Assembly: GCA_029288895.1 (NCBI GenBank)
Contig: JARIGK010000004.1
Location: forward strand, 13,621-77,620
DNA: 64,000 nucleotides
Direction of reading: 5' to 3'
Source: Candidatus Adlerbacteria bacterium
GTDB lineage: Bacteria; Patescibacteriota; Minisyncoccia; Phycocordibacterales; SBAW01
Below are positions 38,748-47,351 of this stretch, one piece after another (within the stretch, counting starts at the first letter, position 1; the number at the start of each line of letters is the position of its first letter). A program made the translations under genes and the position numbers. Below the pieces are notes generated by a model. The model was not told where the DNA came from. It ran no database searches and worked only from the letters and a program-made list of their open reading frames with translations.

Positions 38748-39188
38748 ATGATCGAGTATCTCGCTTTCCACCCAGTGCTGGCAGCAATTTTTATCGAAAG
38801 TCTGATAGCGCTTTTCTGTCTAGCTATTACATCCGTATATGCCAAAGAAGGCTTTAAGTCCTGGCTTGGCAATGCGCTTGGGTTTGCAATAATCCCTGGT
38901 ATAGTTCTCCAACTTTTCCTTGTTCTTTGGTTTGGTCCGAATGGCCCAGCTGCTGATATAGAGCGTGCACGGCAACGGGCACAAACACATGGCAAAGTGC
39001 TTTGGGAGCTTGTGTATGAGCAAAAATATAGCTCATGTCTGGATGTTGCTTTGAGCTTCGAGAGCCCAGGAAAGGTATATTGGCACTCGCCTTTCCCTGA
39101 AGCAGAGCGGTGGAAAATATTGGTAATGTCGGACGAGCAAGCAGATGCTACGTTCAAGTGCCTAAAGCCTTTTTTCGAAAAGAAATAA
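38748..39188 (+). CDS. hypothetical membrane protein (146 aa)
   Basis: SD aggagagg. Three hydrophobic helices in the N-terminal half. Confidence 0.55.
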   Translation: MIEYLAFHPVLAAIFIESLIALFCLAITSVYAKEGFKSWLGNALGFAIIPGIVLQLFLVLWFGPNGPAADIERARQRAQTHGKVLWELVYEQKYSSCLDVALSFESPGKVYWHSPFPEAERWKILVMSDEQADATFKCLKPFFEKK

Positions 39189-39191
39189 ATC

Positions 39192-39226
39192 AAAACCGCC
39201 GACCTTTTGGGGCCGGCGGTTTTTTC
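39192..39226. terminator. bidirectional rho-independent terminator (copy B of a repeated terminator)
   Basis: aaaaccgccgacc-ttttg-gggccggcggtttttt. Hairpin shared by convergent genes. Confidence 0.6.
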
Positions 39227-39232
39227 TTTATC

Positions 39233-39886
39233 TTAGGCTTCGTCTTCAACTTCAGAATCGGAGTCGTCGTAGACCTCTTGGCCGACGTCGATGCCTTCGT
39301 CGTCAGCGGATGATTGCTGCGGATGTTGCCCGCCGCGGAGGTTCTGCAAGAAGCCTCCCTTTCCCCCATTGCCGCCACGGTAGTTAATAAGGAAGTTGCG
39401 TGGGTTGTCGCACATATCGACGAAGTCGTCAGCTGCTTCTTTCAGTGCACCTGAGGTCGATTTGCCAAAGGCGATAACCTCAACCTGGCAACCGTAGGTA
39501 TACTTCAAATACTCAACAAGCGGGATAAAGTCGCCATCGCCTGCTGCGATAATAACGGTGTCGAGCTTGGGTGCCATCGCAATAGCGTCGATTGCCAAAC
39601 CAATGTCCCAGTCGGCCTTTTTTGCGCCGCCGGCAAAGATACGTATATCTTTAACCTTGGTTTCGATACCAATTTTATTGAGCGCTTCAAAGAAGCCTTT
39701 TTCTTCTTCGCTTTCGGTGCGGATAACGTACGCGAGCGCGCGCACAAGTACACGCCCTGCAAGCGCTTCTTTTACAACATTGCCGAAGTTAACCTTTGAT
39801 TTGTAGAGGTTTTTTGCGGAATGGTAGAGATTTTGCGTGTCTATAAAAATGCCGACACGCTGGCTTTTCTGCTTAATGATTGCCAT
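39233..39886 (-). CDS. NYN-domain (LabA-like) protein with acidic C-terminal tail
   Basis: VGIFIDTQNLYHS...AGDGDF motifs of PF01936. Start at MAIIKQ. Confidence 0.7.
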   Translation of the reverse strand: MAIIKQKSQRVGIFIDTQNLYHSAKNLYKSKVNFGNVVKEALAGRVLVRALAYVIRTESEEEKGFFEALNKIGIETKVKDIRIFAGGAKKADWDIGLAIDAIAMAPKLDTVIIAAGDGDFIPLVEYLKYTYGCQVEVIAFGKSTSGALKEAADDFVDMCDNPRNFLINYRGGNGGKGGFLQNLRGGQHPQQSSADDEGIDVGQEVYDDSDSEVEDEA

Positions 39887-39990
39887 AAAAATAAAAACGA
39901 ACAATTACGAACAAAATAAAAACGCGAACAACATGCACTACCTATAGTGTATACGAACAAAAATGAAGAATCGGTGCGTATGCACCGAGT

Positions 39991-40260
39991 TTACTTCTTG
40001 AGGTTGAGTTTTTTAACAATAGCGGCGTAGCGCTTCTTGTGATTTGACTCCAAGTACTTCAAATGGGTGCGGCGGTCTGCGACCATCTGCAAAAGGCCGC
40101 GGCGCGAGTGCTTGTCCTTCAAATGTTTCTTCAAATGAGAGGTGAGTTCATCGATGCGCTTTGAAAGCACAGCAATCTGGACCTCGGCAGAGCCGGTGTC
40201 TGTATCATGAATTGCTGATTCTTTGATGACTTTCGCCTTTTTCTTCGCGGTAAGCATGTA
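39991..40260 (-). CDS. rpsO: 30S ribosomal protein S15
   Basis: MLTAKKKAKVIKE...LLQMVADRRTHLKYL... 89 aa. Start inside track ORF 39991..40275. Confidence 0.9.
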   Translation of the reverse strand, partial: YMLTAKKKAKVIKESAIHDTDTGSAEVQIAVLSKRIDELTSHLKKHLKDKHSRRGLLQMVADRRTHLKYLESNHKKRYAAIVKKLNLKK

Positions 40261-40401
40261 TCGATATACTAGCACGCCCTTTCTATTTACGCAAGCCCCC
40301 TCCCGTGTCCTTATATAAACAAAGACCCCGGTTTCTCTTTCGAGAAACCGGGGGTTGCCACCCTAGGCGAGGGTGGACTTGGCCCATAGGAGAGGCCTGA
40401 A

Positions 40402-40740
40402 CTAAGTAATTATACGATAGTTTTTGCGGATTACTGGCTGCCAGCTGCTTTGGCGATTCGCCCAGAGTCCATGGGGGTCTCTGGGAAGAATGATTGCGCC
40501 ATTGTTCTTCTTTTTCTTCTCGCGCATCACCCATTCGGCGAAATAGTAGCAGCCGAGAAACGCCAGCATAAGTCCACCTACCAGGAGTCCTCCCCACAGG
40601 AAGTACTCCGTGAAATCCGCAACCGCCCTATCCCACCAGGGACCAGGAGCTTTCTTCGCGTAGTGATGGGCGAGCCCTGCGTCTGCCAGAAGCAGAGCGA
40701 GAGCCACCCAGCACAGGCTTTCTTTGAGCGTCTTCGGCAT
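40402..40740 (-). CDS. hypothetical small membrane protein (112 aa)
   Basis: Two TM helices. A terminator hairpin (ccccggtttctc...gagaaaccgggg) lies downstream at about 40322-40352. Confidence 0.4.
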   Translation of the reverse strand: MPKTLKESLCWVALALLLADAGLAHHYAKKAPGPWWDRAVADFTEYFLWGGLLVGGLMLAFLGCYYFAEWVMREKKKKNNGAIILPRDPHGLWANRQSSWQPVIRKNYRIIT

Positions 40741-40848
40741 GACCGAATCTCCATTTACTGTTGAAGGGCTTACCTTTGAAATATACCTTAAAGCTCAGTT
40801 ACTGTCAAGTGCCCATAGGTCGCACAATTTCGGGGGTAAAATGGGGCT

Positions 40849-41757
40849 ATGGCAGAGAATCTAGCCCTCCTCAAGACGCAGTTTTTGGAGTATTTGGAGA
40901 TCGAAAAGGGTCGGAGCGTAAAAACGGTCGAAAATTACGACCGCTACCTCACCCGCTACCTGGCGTTTAGCAAAGTCACCTCCCCCACCAAACTGACAGA
41001 GCAAAGTGTGCGCGAGTTCCGTATCCACTTAAACCGCCAGCCAGGCACGAGTGGCTCGATGAAGCACAAAACGCAAAACTACTACATGATTAGTTTGCGT
41101 GCGTTTTTAAAGTTCTTGCGCAAGCGCGGGATCGAATCACTCAACCCCGAACGCATCGAGTTGGCAAAAGTGGGCGCGCGCGATTTGGATTTAATTACGT
41201 CAGACGAATTGAGTAGATTGATGAACGGCCCTAAAGGCGCTTCCCTCTCTGACTTGCGCGATCGCGCCATTCTCGAATTGTTTTTCTCAACCGGTTTGCG
41301 TGTCTCAGAGTTGTGCTCATTAAATAGAGACATCGATTTAAGCCGCGATGAGTTTTCTGTTCGCGGCAAAGGCGAAAAAGTGCGCGTCGTCTTCCTCTCT
41401 CCAGAAGCAAAAAAAGCTATTAAAGACTATTTAGATAAACGCGGCGATATCGAAGACGCGTTGTTTATCCAGATGGGCAAAAACGCCAAGAACGCGAAAG
41501 AGTTCCGCCTCACCCCGCGCTCCGTGGAGCGCCTCGTCAAAAAATATGCAACCAAAGCGGGCATTACGCGCAAAGTGACGCCGCACGTTATCCGCCACTC
41601 CTTCGCGACCGATCTTCTTCAAAATGGCGCCGACCTGCGTTCCGTCCAAGCCCTGCTTGGCCATTCCAACATCACGACAACGCAGGTCTACACCCACGTC
41701 ACCGACAAACACTTAGCCGAAGTCCACAAAAAATTCCACGGCCAAAGGAGGAAATAA
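40849..41757 (+). CDS. xerC: tyrosine site-specific recombinase XerC/XerD family
   Basis: N-terminal SAM-like domain. Catalytic R...HxxR...Y (HVIRHSFATDLL...LGHSNITTTQVYTHV). Confidence 0.85.
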   Translation: MAENLALLKTQFLEYLEIEKGRSVKTVENYDRYLTRYLAFSKVTSPTKLTEQSVREFRIHLNRQPGTSGSMKHKTQNYYMISLRAFLKFLRKRGIESLNPERIELAKVGARDLDLITSDELSRLMNGPKGASLSDLRDRAILELFFSTGLRVSELCSLNRDIDLSRDEFSVRGKGEKVRVVFLSPEAKKAIKDYLDKRGDIEDALFIQMGKNAKNAKEFRLTPRSVERLVKKYATKAGITRKVTPHVIRHSFATDLLQNGADLRSVQALLGHSNITTTQVYTHVTDKHLAEVHKKFHGQRRK

Positions 41758-41785
41758 AAAGAAAATCGGAGCACTAGGCTCCGAT

Positions 41786-42256
41786 TCAGGTTTCTGTTTC
41801 TTCGCGAAACAAAAGGTATTCACCAATATTCTGCACCCACACCGAACCGCTTGTTCGCAACAGGTGCCGCTCTTCGTCTTTAGTGATCTCATACCTCGCG
41901 ATTGCTTTGTACGCGATTTTTCTATCGACTGAATTGCCCCATTCCGCAATACTTACCCAATCGATTAAGGAGTTCGCTGTCGCCATTACCTGTTTCCATG
42001 CATGGACCTGCAATGTATAGGCGGTGTTTTGGAAACCTGTATGCACCCAGGTTGCAAATGGATATCCATACGAATATCCAGTCCGAACTCGTTTGTCTTT
42101 GCAACGCCCTGATATATACAACCACTCGTGGCACTTCATTTCAGGTAGCGTGCTCAGAAGGGCTACCCGCTCTTTCCGTGGCGTTTTCGAGAATTTCTCC
42201 ACAAGCTCGTCGAGTTCATTTTGACGCTCCACGCTAAACAATTCGGAATCGGTCAT
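41786..42256 (-). CDS. hypothetical protein (about 157 aa)
   Basis: ORF with no family assigned. Start at MTDSELF. Confidence 0.4.
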   Translation of the reverse strand: MTDSELFSVERQNELDELVEKFSKTPRKERVALLSTLPEMKCHEWLYISGRCKDKRVRTGYSYGYPFATWVHTGFQNTAYTLQVHAWKQVMATANSLIDWVSIAEWGNSVDRKIAYKAIARYEITKDEERHLLRTSGSVWVQNIGEYLLFREETET

Positions 42257-42382
42257 CGTCCTCTCCTGTACAAGAATATGTCTCAATCAATAATGCTGGC
42301 TAAGCTTGACATTGTCAATTAAATATATTACAAATATTAATAACAAAAAGCTTGATTTTTCAATAAAATTTGCTATTTTGTA

Positions 42383-43168
42383 ATGAATAAAATGACAAAC
42401 AAAAAAGAGAGACTAGGAGATGTAAGTTGGAAGTTGCAGCAACTTGGAATCCACGAGCATGATGCAGAGGTGTACATGCTTCTGCTCCAGCGCGGCGCAG
42501 AGATGAGTGGGGCTAAAATTGCCATTGCCCTATCGATGCACCGGCAGTATGTCTACCAAGGGCTGAAACGATTGCAGAAACTCGGGCTTGTAGAAGAAAT
42601 TCCAAATGGTGCACGAACGAAATATCGAGCTCTGCCACCGCAGCAACTTTCGCATGTTGCAAAAAAGAAACTGGAATACGCTGACTCTGCAGCGCGCGAG
42701 CTTGAGCTTATTTCTGCAATAGGTAGCGATCAGGATTTTGATATCTATCGCGGGACACAGCAAGTAATGCAATTTGAGGAGCAATTTCTCGATAGTCTTT
42801 CTGACGACGATGTGCAGTACATCATAGGTGGCAGCACACGCGCCTTCTTCCGTGTCTTTGGCGAACAGTACGAAGAGCTTTCTACTACTGCGCGTTCGCG
42901 CAATCTCAAAAGCTACTACTTGGCGTCACCAGATGATGTTGAGTTTTTGGAGCGTGTTAAAAAGGCGCAGCCCATGTACGAATTTCGTATCCTGAAAAAA
43001 CTTCCAGCAACGATTACGTCGACTGTGATCCGCAACAATAACGAAGTTAGTTTCTACAGTATGGGGAACCCGCCGCTTGTATATGTCATCAAATCTGAAA
43101 AAGTCGCAGCAGACTACAAAAAACTGTTCGACATTCTTTGGTCCATTGCCGAGCCGTATAAGGAATAA
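42383..43168 (+). CDS. TrmB-family transcriptional regulator (paralog 2)
   Basis: wHTH (AEVYMLLLQRGAEMSGAKIAIALSMHRQYVYQGLKRLQKLGLV) and TrmB-like C-terminal domain. Confidence 0.7.
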   Translation: MNKMTNKKERLGDVSWKLQQLGIHEHDAEVYMLLLQRGAEMSGAKIAIALSMHRQYVYQGLKRLQKLGLVEEIPNGARTKYRALPPQQLSHVAKKKLEYADSAARELELISAIGSDQDFDIYRGTQQVMQFEEQFLDSLSDDDVQYIIGGSTRAFFRVFGEQYEELSTTARSRNLKSYYLASPDDVEFLERVKKAQPMYEFRILKKLPATITSTVIRNNNEVSFYSMGNPPLVYVIKSEKVAADYKKLFDILWSIAEPYKE

Positions 43169-43234
43169 AAACTTTTTACTACGCTACAAAGGAAAATAAA
43201 AGAAAAACTCCGCACCAAGGTGGTGCGGAGAAGA

Positions 43235-43897
43235 TTATCGCCCAATGAGTTCAGTAAACTCAGGCAGATGATCGAACACGTGTGCGGCGCCCATGTCCAT
43301 GAGCGCTTCGCGCGATTCGTGGCCACGGGTAATGCCAAGCGGGATAGCCTTTGCCTCGATGGCGGAGTGCATGTCGGCGCCCCAATCCCCGATATAGCAG
43401 GCGTGTGTCGTATCTGTGCCAAGTGCATCACACGCTTCGCGCACAGCGTCGGCTTTGTCAGTACGGCTTCCAGAGATATGGCCGACGTACTTGTTCAGCC
43501 CGTGTGTCTCGAGCCACATTGCGACGGCGTCGTGATTGTGGCTACTGACAACAAAGATGGGCATCTCCCACAGGTGAAGCAATTGGAATGTGGGAAGCAC
43601 ATCAAGAAATGGCTCCGTCGAATCATGATGGCCGTCGGAGTAGCGGCGGTACACCTGAAGATAGTCTGCGGTCGTGCATATGACGCCATACTTTGCGCAG
43701 AATTCTTCCAAGTCGTGTGAGTAGTCTCGCACAAACTTGGAGAATGTAGGCGTGCTATGCGCCTTAAGTTCCCGAAGCGAATGGCACAAGAATTGGTACG
43801 CGGGGTAGCCCGTGTCGCGGAGGACGCCATCAACGTCGAACCCGGCTGCCTTCAATGTAAACGACCCGTTCGGGAGGCGAAGATAGAGCGTATTCAT
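43235..43897 (-). CDS. HAD-superfamily hydrolase (phosphatase)
   Basis: Motif I FDVDGVL and motif IV GDxxxD (YIGDWGADM). Confidence 0.75.
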   Translation of the reverse strand: MNTLYLRLPNGSFTLKAAGFDVDGVLRDTGYPAYQFLCHSLRELKAHSTPTFSKFVRDYSHDLEEFCAKYGVICTTADYLQVYRRYSDGHHDSTEPFLDVLPTFQLLHLWEMPIFVVSSHNHDAVAMWLETHGLNKYVGHISGSRTDKADAVREACDALGTDTTHACYIGDWGADMHSAIEAKAIPLGITRGHESREALMDMGAAHVFDHLPEFTELIGR

Positions 43898-43963
43898 CAG
43901 TATTCCCCTGCTGGAGTGATCTTCTCCCCTTTATGTACAGTGCCTGGAGAAAACAGTCAATTT

Positions 43964-44446
43964 CTAAAACTCCACTTCTTTGTATTCAAAACTGCCGACC
44001 GGAAATGGTTTTTCAGAACCTGTGAAAACACATTCTGCTTCTATTGTTTTACCTTCGGTGAGTACAAGCGGCATCCAATACGGGTCCGATGGCCACATAT
44101 GGTCGAGCGGGAGTTTTGCACATTCGTGCCACTCAAATGGGCCCATCTCGTCTGATTCAGTTGGGTGGCCAGCATAGGTGTTGGTTACAAATACGTGCAC
44201 ATCGTGGTCGTACTCGGGTTTGTGTTCGAAGCGGAACATGATGTGCGCGACTTGCCTTAGATCTTCTACATGCACATCCAAACCACACTCTTCTTTTGTT
44301 TCGCGGCACGCACTTTGTTCTATCGTTTCCCCTTCCTCAACGCCTCCGCCAAACCCGTTCCAATACCCCGCACCAAATTTCTTTTTCTTTTTTGCGAGCA
44401 ACACTTTCTCTCCGTCGACTATAAAAAGGAGTGATACGAGCCGCAT
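43964..44446 (-). CDS. NUDIX hydrolase
   Basis: Nudix box GGGVEEGETIEQSACRETKEECGL. Start at MRLVSLLF. Confidence 0.8.
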   Translation of the reverse strand: MRLVSLLFIVDGEKVLLAKKKKKFGAGYWNGFGGGVEEGETIEQSACRETKEECGLDVHVEDLRQVAHIMFRFEHKPEYDHDVHVFVTNTYAGHPTESDEMGPFEWHECAKLPLDHMWPSDPYWMPLVLTEGKTIEAECVFTGSEKPFPVGSFEYKEVEF

Positions 44447-44482
44447 ATATAGAAGTCTACTCCTTTTTGGTACACTGACTAT

Positions 44483-45283
44483 ATGAAGCTGATTTCCTGG
44501 AACGTAAACGGCATCCGCGCAGTGCACAACAAAAAACTCTTTGTGCCGTTTTTGGAAGAGTACAAGCCCGACATTTTATGTTTGCAGGAGACAAAAGCAC
44601 ACCAACATCAAAGCGAAGTCGATTTGCCCGACTACGAAGAGTACTGGAATAGTGCCGAAAAAAAGGGATACAGCGGCACAGCGATTTTTACAAAAACAAA
44701 ACCGCTCTCTGTCATACTTGGCATCCCAGAGGACATCGCAAAAAAATATAAGTTGAACGACGACGGCTACGGCGACCCAACAAAAGAGGGCCGCGTTATC
44801 GCGGCAGAATTTAAAAAGTTCTACGTGGTTACGGTGTATACGCCCAACTCCAAAGACGATCTCTCGCGCCTCACACTTCGCCACAAACAGTGGGACCCAG
44901 CGTTTTTGGCATACATGGAGCGTTTGCAAGAATCAAAGCCTGTCTTATTTTGCGGCGACTTAAACGTGGCGCACACCGCCATCGACTTAGCCAACCCCAA
45001 AGCAAACGTCGGCGAACATGGCTTTACCGACGAAGAACGCGAAGGCATCGACAAAATTTTGAAGGCTGGTTTCATCGACACATTCCGCCACCTGCACCCC
45101 GAAACACTTGGCGCCTATACGTGGTGGACGCACTGGGCAAATGCTCGCGCACGCAACGTCGGTTGGCGCATCGACTACTGGTTCGCTTCAAAAAAACTCG
45201 CGAAACATATAACAAGGGCAGAAATCTTGCCCGAAGTGATGGGCTCCGACCACTGCCCCGTACTCCTTGAGCTAGACCTCTAA
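44483..45283 (+). CDS. xth: exodeoxyribonuclease III (AP endonuclease)
   Basis: MKLISWNVNGIRA..., catalytic DLNVAH and SDHCPV motifs. Confidence 0.9.
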   Translation: MKLISWNVNGIRAVHNKKLFVPFLEEYKPDILCLQETKAHQHQSEVDLPDYEEYWNSAEKKGYSGTAIFTKTKPLSVILGIPEDIAKKYKLNDDGYGDPTKEGRVIAAEFKKFYVVTVYTPNSKDDLSRLTLRHKQWDPAFLAYMERLQESKPVLFCGDLNVAHTAIDLANPKANVGEHGFTDEEREGIDKILKAGFIDTFRHLHPETLGAYTWWTHWANARARNVGWRIDYWFASKKLAKHITRAEILPEVMGSDHCPVLLELDL

Positions 45284-46210
45284 CAAAGGGTCGATAAACT
45301 TCCACTGCGCACGGATATATTCTATCGATGGGAAGAGCGTGTGGTCGCCGGCCATTGCAGCCCTAAGTAACAGTTCGTATTCCGGAATTTTATTTGAATG
45401 CTCGCTGAATATTTTTATTGAGCCGTCTTTGAATATAAGTTCGACTTCTTTTTTATTTTCTGGCATCCGCTTCCCTGCTTCGAGAATAATTTTTATATCC
45501 CCTGCTCTCGTTTCAATTTTGAAATACGTTTCAGTCTCTGAATCTGCCGCAACACCTTTGGTGTCTTTGTAGCCGTCGTACTGCGTGCGTTCAATTGTTG
45601 TAGGCGCATCGGGCGTTGGCAGCGGCACAAGCTGCTTCAAAATCTGCAGCATGTGGTTTTGGCCGACATCGCGCAGCGTGCCGAGTTTGTCGTATGTGCT
45701 CCCCCGCTTCTCTACCCCAGCAGTTTCGAGCAGGCGGATGTGAATTTCTGCAATCGCTTCCCTCTCAGTATGTAACTCCCCTAACTCGCGCACCCAGTCT
45801 TTGGCCGCGTAGTGGTCGTTGATAAAAATATTTTGCTCGTCGGTGATGTCTTTGAGTAACGCATACAATTCCTCGGCCTCTTCCCCACTTCGGCCAAATG
45901 GCTTCTCGAGCATGATTTTTACATCCCGGCTAAAGCCTGCCGCTTTCATATTCAGGAGCGCTTCTTTATAGAGCGCCGGTGCGATGCAGAAATAAAACAG
46001 CGCCTCCTCCCCTGCCAGCTTTTCTTTTATATCCAAAAACGTCTGTAGCTCGCTTGTGTCGCCCTGCACAAAATCAAACTGTGATGGGATGTTCACTTCG
46101 TTCCGCGGCTTGCGCGAGACTCCAATAACGTCCAACTGCAGCTTCTCTAACGCTGGGATAACCTTCGCCCTCATCAAATCCCCCGTTACCCCGAATGCGA
46201 CGAATTTCAT
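45272..46210 (-). CDS. glucose-6-phosphate dehydrogenase-like protein, truncated (312 aa versus about 490 expected)
   Basis: G6PD N-terminal NAD(P) fold (GVTGDLMRAKVIPAL), EKPFG motif, DHY(A)AK and RDVGQNHMLQ motifs. Lacks most of the C-terminal domain. 12-nt convergent overlap with xth. Confidence 0.5.
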   Translation of the reverse strand: MKFVAFGVTGDLMRAKVIPALEKLQLDVIGVSRKPRNEVNIPSQFDFVQGDTSELQTFLDIKEKLAGEEALFYFCIAPALYKEALLNMKAAGFSRDVKIMLEKPFGRSGEEAEELYALLKDITDEQNIFINDHYAAKDWVRELGELHTEREAIAEIHIRLLETAGVEKRGSTYDKLGTLRDVGQNHMLQILKQLVPLPTPDAPTTIERTQYDGYKDTKGVAADSETETYFKIETRAGDIKIILEAGKRMPENKKEVELIFKDGSIKIFSEHSNKIPEYELLLRAAMAGDHTLFPSIEYIRAQWKFIDPLLEV

Positions 46211-46272
46211 ACTCTAACTATACGCCTCCCAAAAGAAAAAGCCGTCCCGATGAGCGGAACGGTTTTTGTGTC

Positions 46273-46539
46273 CTAGAACACACTCAGGACGTGGCCCCAC
46301 CATTCTTGCTGGAGCAGCCGCGGGTCGATTGTGGAGAGTGTACAGTGATGCCGGAGCATAAACCCACTGCCGCCAGAAAAAAGTATGCAGCCAAGATCCG
46401 CAATGAGGAAAATGGGCATCAACAACGGGAAAGGCCTTTGTCTGAGAAGCCCATTTCCGTAGTCCGAACAAAAGAAGAGCGTACAAGGCACTGCAGGAAA
46501 ACAGAGTGCCCACAGCAGAACAGTATCTTGAGTACACAT
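46273..46539 (-). CDS. small hydrophobic Cys-containing protein (88 aa) preceded by repeat-leader copy 1
   Basis: MCTQDTVLLWALCFPAVPCTLFFC... with SD aaggga. In frame inside track ORF 46273..46617. Confidence 0.35.
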   Translation of the reverse strand: MCTQDTVLLWALCFPAVPCTLFFCSDYGNGLLRQRPFPLLMPIFLIADLGCILFSGGSGFMLRHHCTLSTIDPRLLQQEWWGHVLSVF

Positions 46540-46555
46540 GCGAGTTTCCCTTGAG

Positions 46556-46632
46556 TATGAAAGTACTTCTATTCGAACGTTTTGCTCTATGAATCCACGA
46601 ACCATTCGCAGACTCAATTGAGAGAAGAAGAT
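46556..46632 (-). repeat. leader repeat copy 1 (divergent): core GAAAGTACTTCTATTCGAACGTTTTGCTCTATGAATCCA ... CAATTGAGAGAAG
   Basis: About 35/39 core identity to copies 2 and 3. Lies in the 5' region of the small gene 46273..46539. Confidence 0.55.
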
Positions 46633-46654
46633 AAAGCTTCTTCACATACACTAA

Positions 46655-47347
46655 CTACCCTTCCTTAGTTTTAAGAACAAAGGCAATAAAATCCGGATGT
46701 GCTTGGGTATCGAGTACCTCGCTTTCCGCAATGTCCAGAATCTGGAGTCCGTGCTTCTTAAATAGCTGTATGTAGTACGACAGCGGGCGGTGGTAGTCAG
46801 TAAATTCGATGCCGTTTTCATGCACAATCTTTTTATACTTGAATTCTTTGTCGTACTTTGGGTTCCACACATGTGAACGGATGCGTTTTGTTACAATGCC
46901 AACAGTTAAATAGTCGCTGCATGGGTTGCAAAGACTCACAATAATGGGCGCGCCATCTTTTGCGAGAATTTTTAAATTCTCAAGCATCACATCCTGGTCT
47001 TTTTTCTTGAGTATGCAGAGTACAAGGTTAGATGTTACAAGATCGAACTTTCCGGCAAGGGTCGGAAGCTTTTTTACAAATTCTGTGTTGGTATAAAACC
47101 TAGGTTTTGTATATTGAGATTTTGCTTGTGCCACCATTCCATCGGCTTCGTCGAAGGCCTCAGTCGCATATCCTTTCTGTGATACTGCGTCTGCAAACTC
47201 TCCCCATCCGCAGCCATAGTCGAATGCTGTTCCAGACTTTGGGGCGTATTTTTTAATAAGCGAAAATAGTTTTTCATTCAAAACGCGGTTTTTTGCGTCT
47301 TGGATTTTCGGTGCCTTTTTAGATAATGTATTCCATTCGTTTGCCAT
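46655..47347 (-). CDS. class I SAM-dependent methyltransferase (standalone paralog of the C-terminal domain of the upstream fusion protein)
   Basis: Motif I FDYGCGWGEF. About 50% identity to residues about 570-800 of the 804-aa neighbour. Confidence 0.75.
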   Translation of the reverse strand: MANEWNTLSKKAPKIQDAKNRVLNEKLFSLIKKYAPKSGTAFDYGCGWGEFADAVSQKGYATEAFDEADGMVAQAKSQYTKPRFYTNTEFVKKLPTLAGKFDLVTSNLVLCILKKKDQDVMLENLKILAKDGAPIIVSLCNPCSDYLTVGIVTKRIRSHVWNPKYDKEFKYKKIVHENGIEFTDYHRPLSYYIQLFKKHGLQILDIAESEVLDTQAHPDFIAFVLKTKEG

Positions 47348-47351
47348 ATAG

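Noticed and set aside
40849-41757. Possibility that the tyrosine recombinase marks a prophage or integrative element
   Set aside because: No phage structural or replication genes and no flanking att-like repeats were seen. It is flanked by rpsO and ordinary genes with backbone GC, so it is most consistent with chromosomal XerC/XerD.
43220-43720. Track ORF 43220..43720 (+), 166 aa
   Set aside because: It is antisense to the HAD hydrolase gene, which has clear catalytic motifs.
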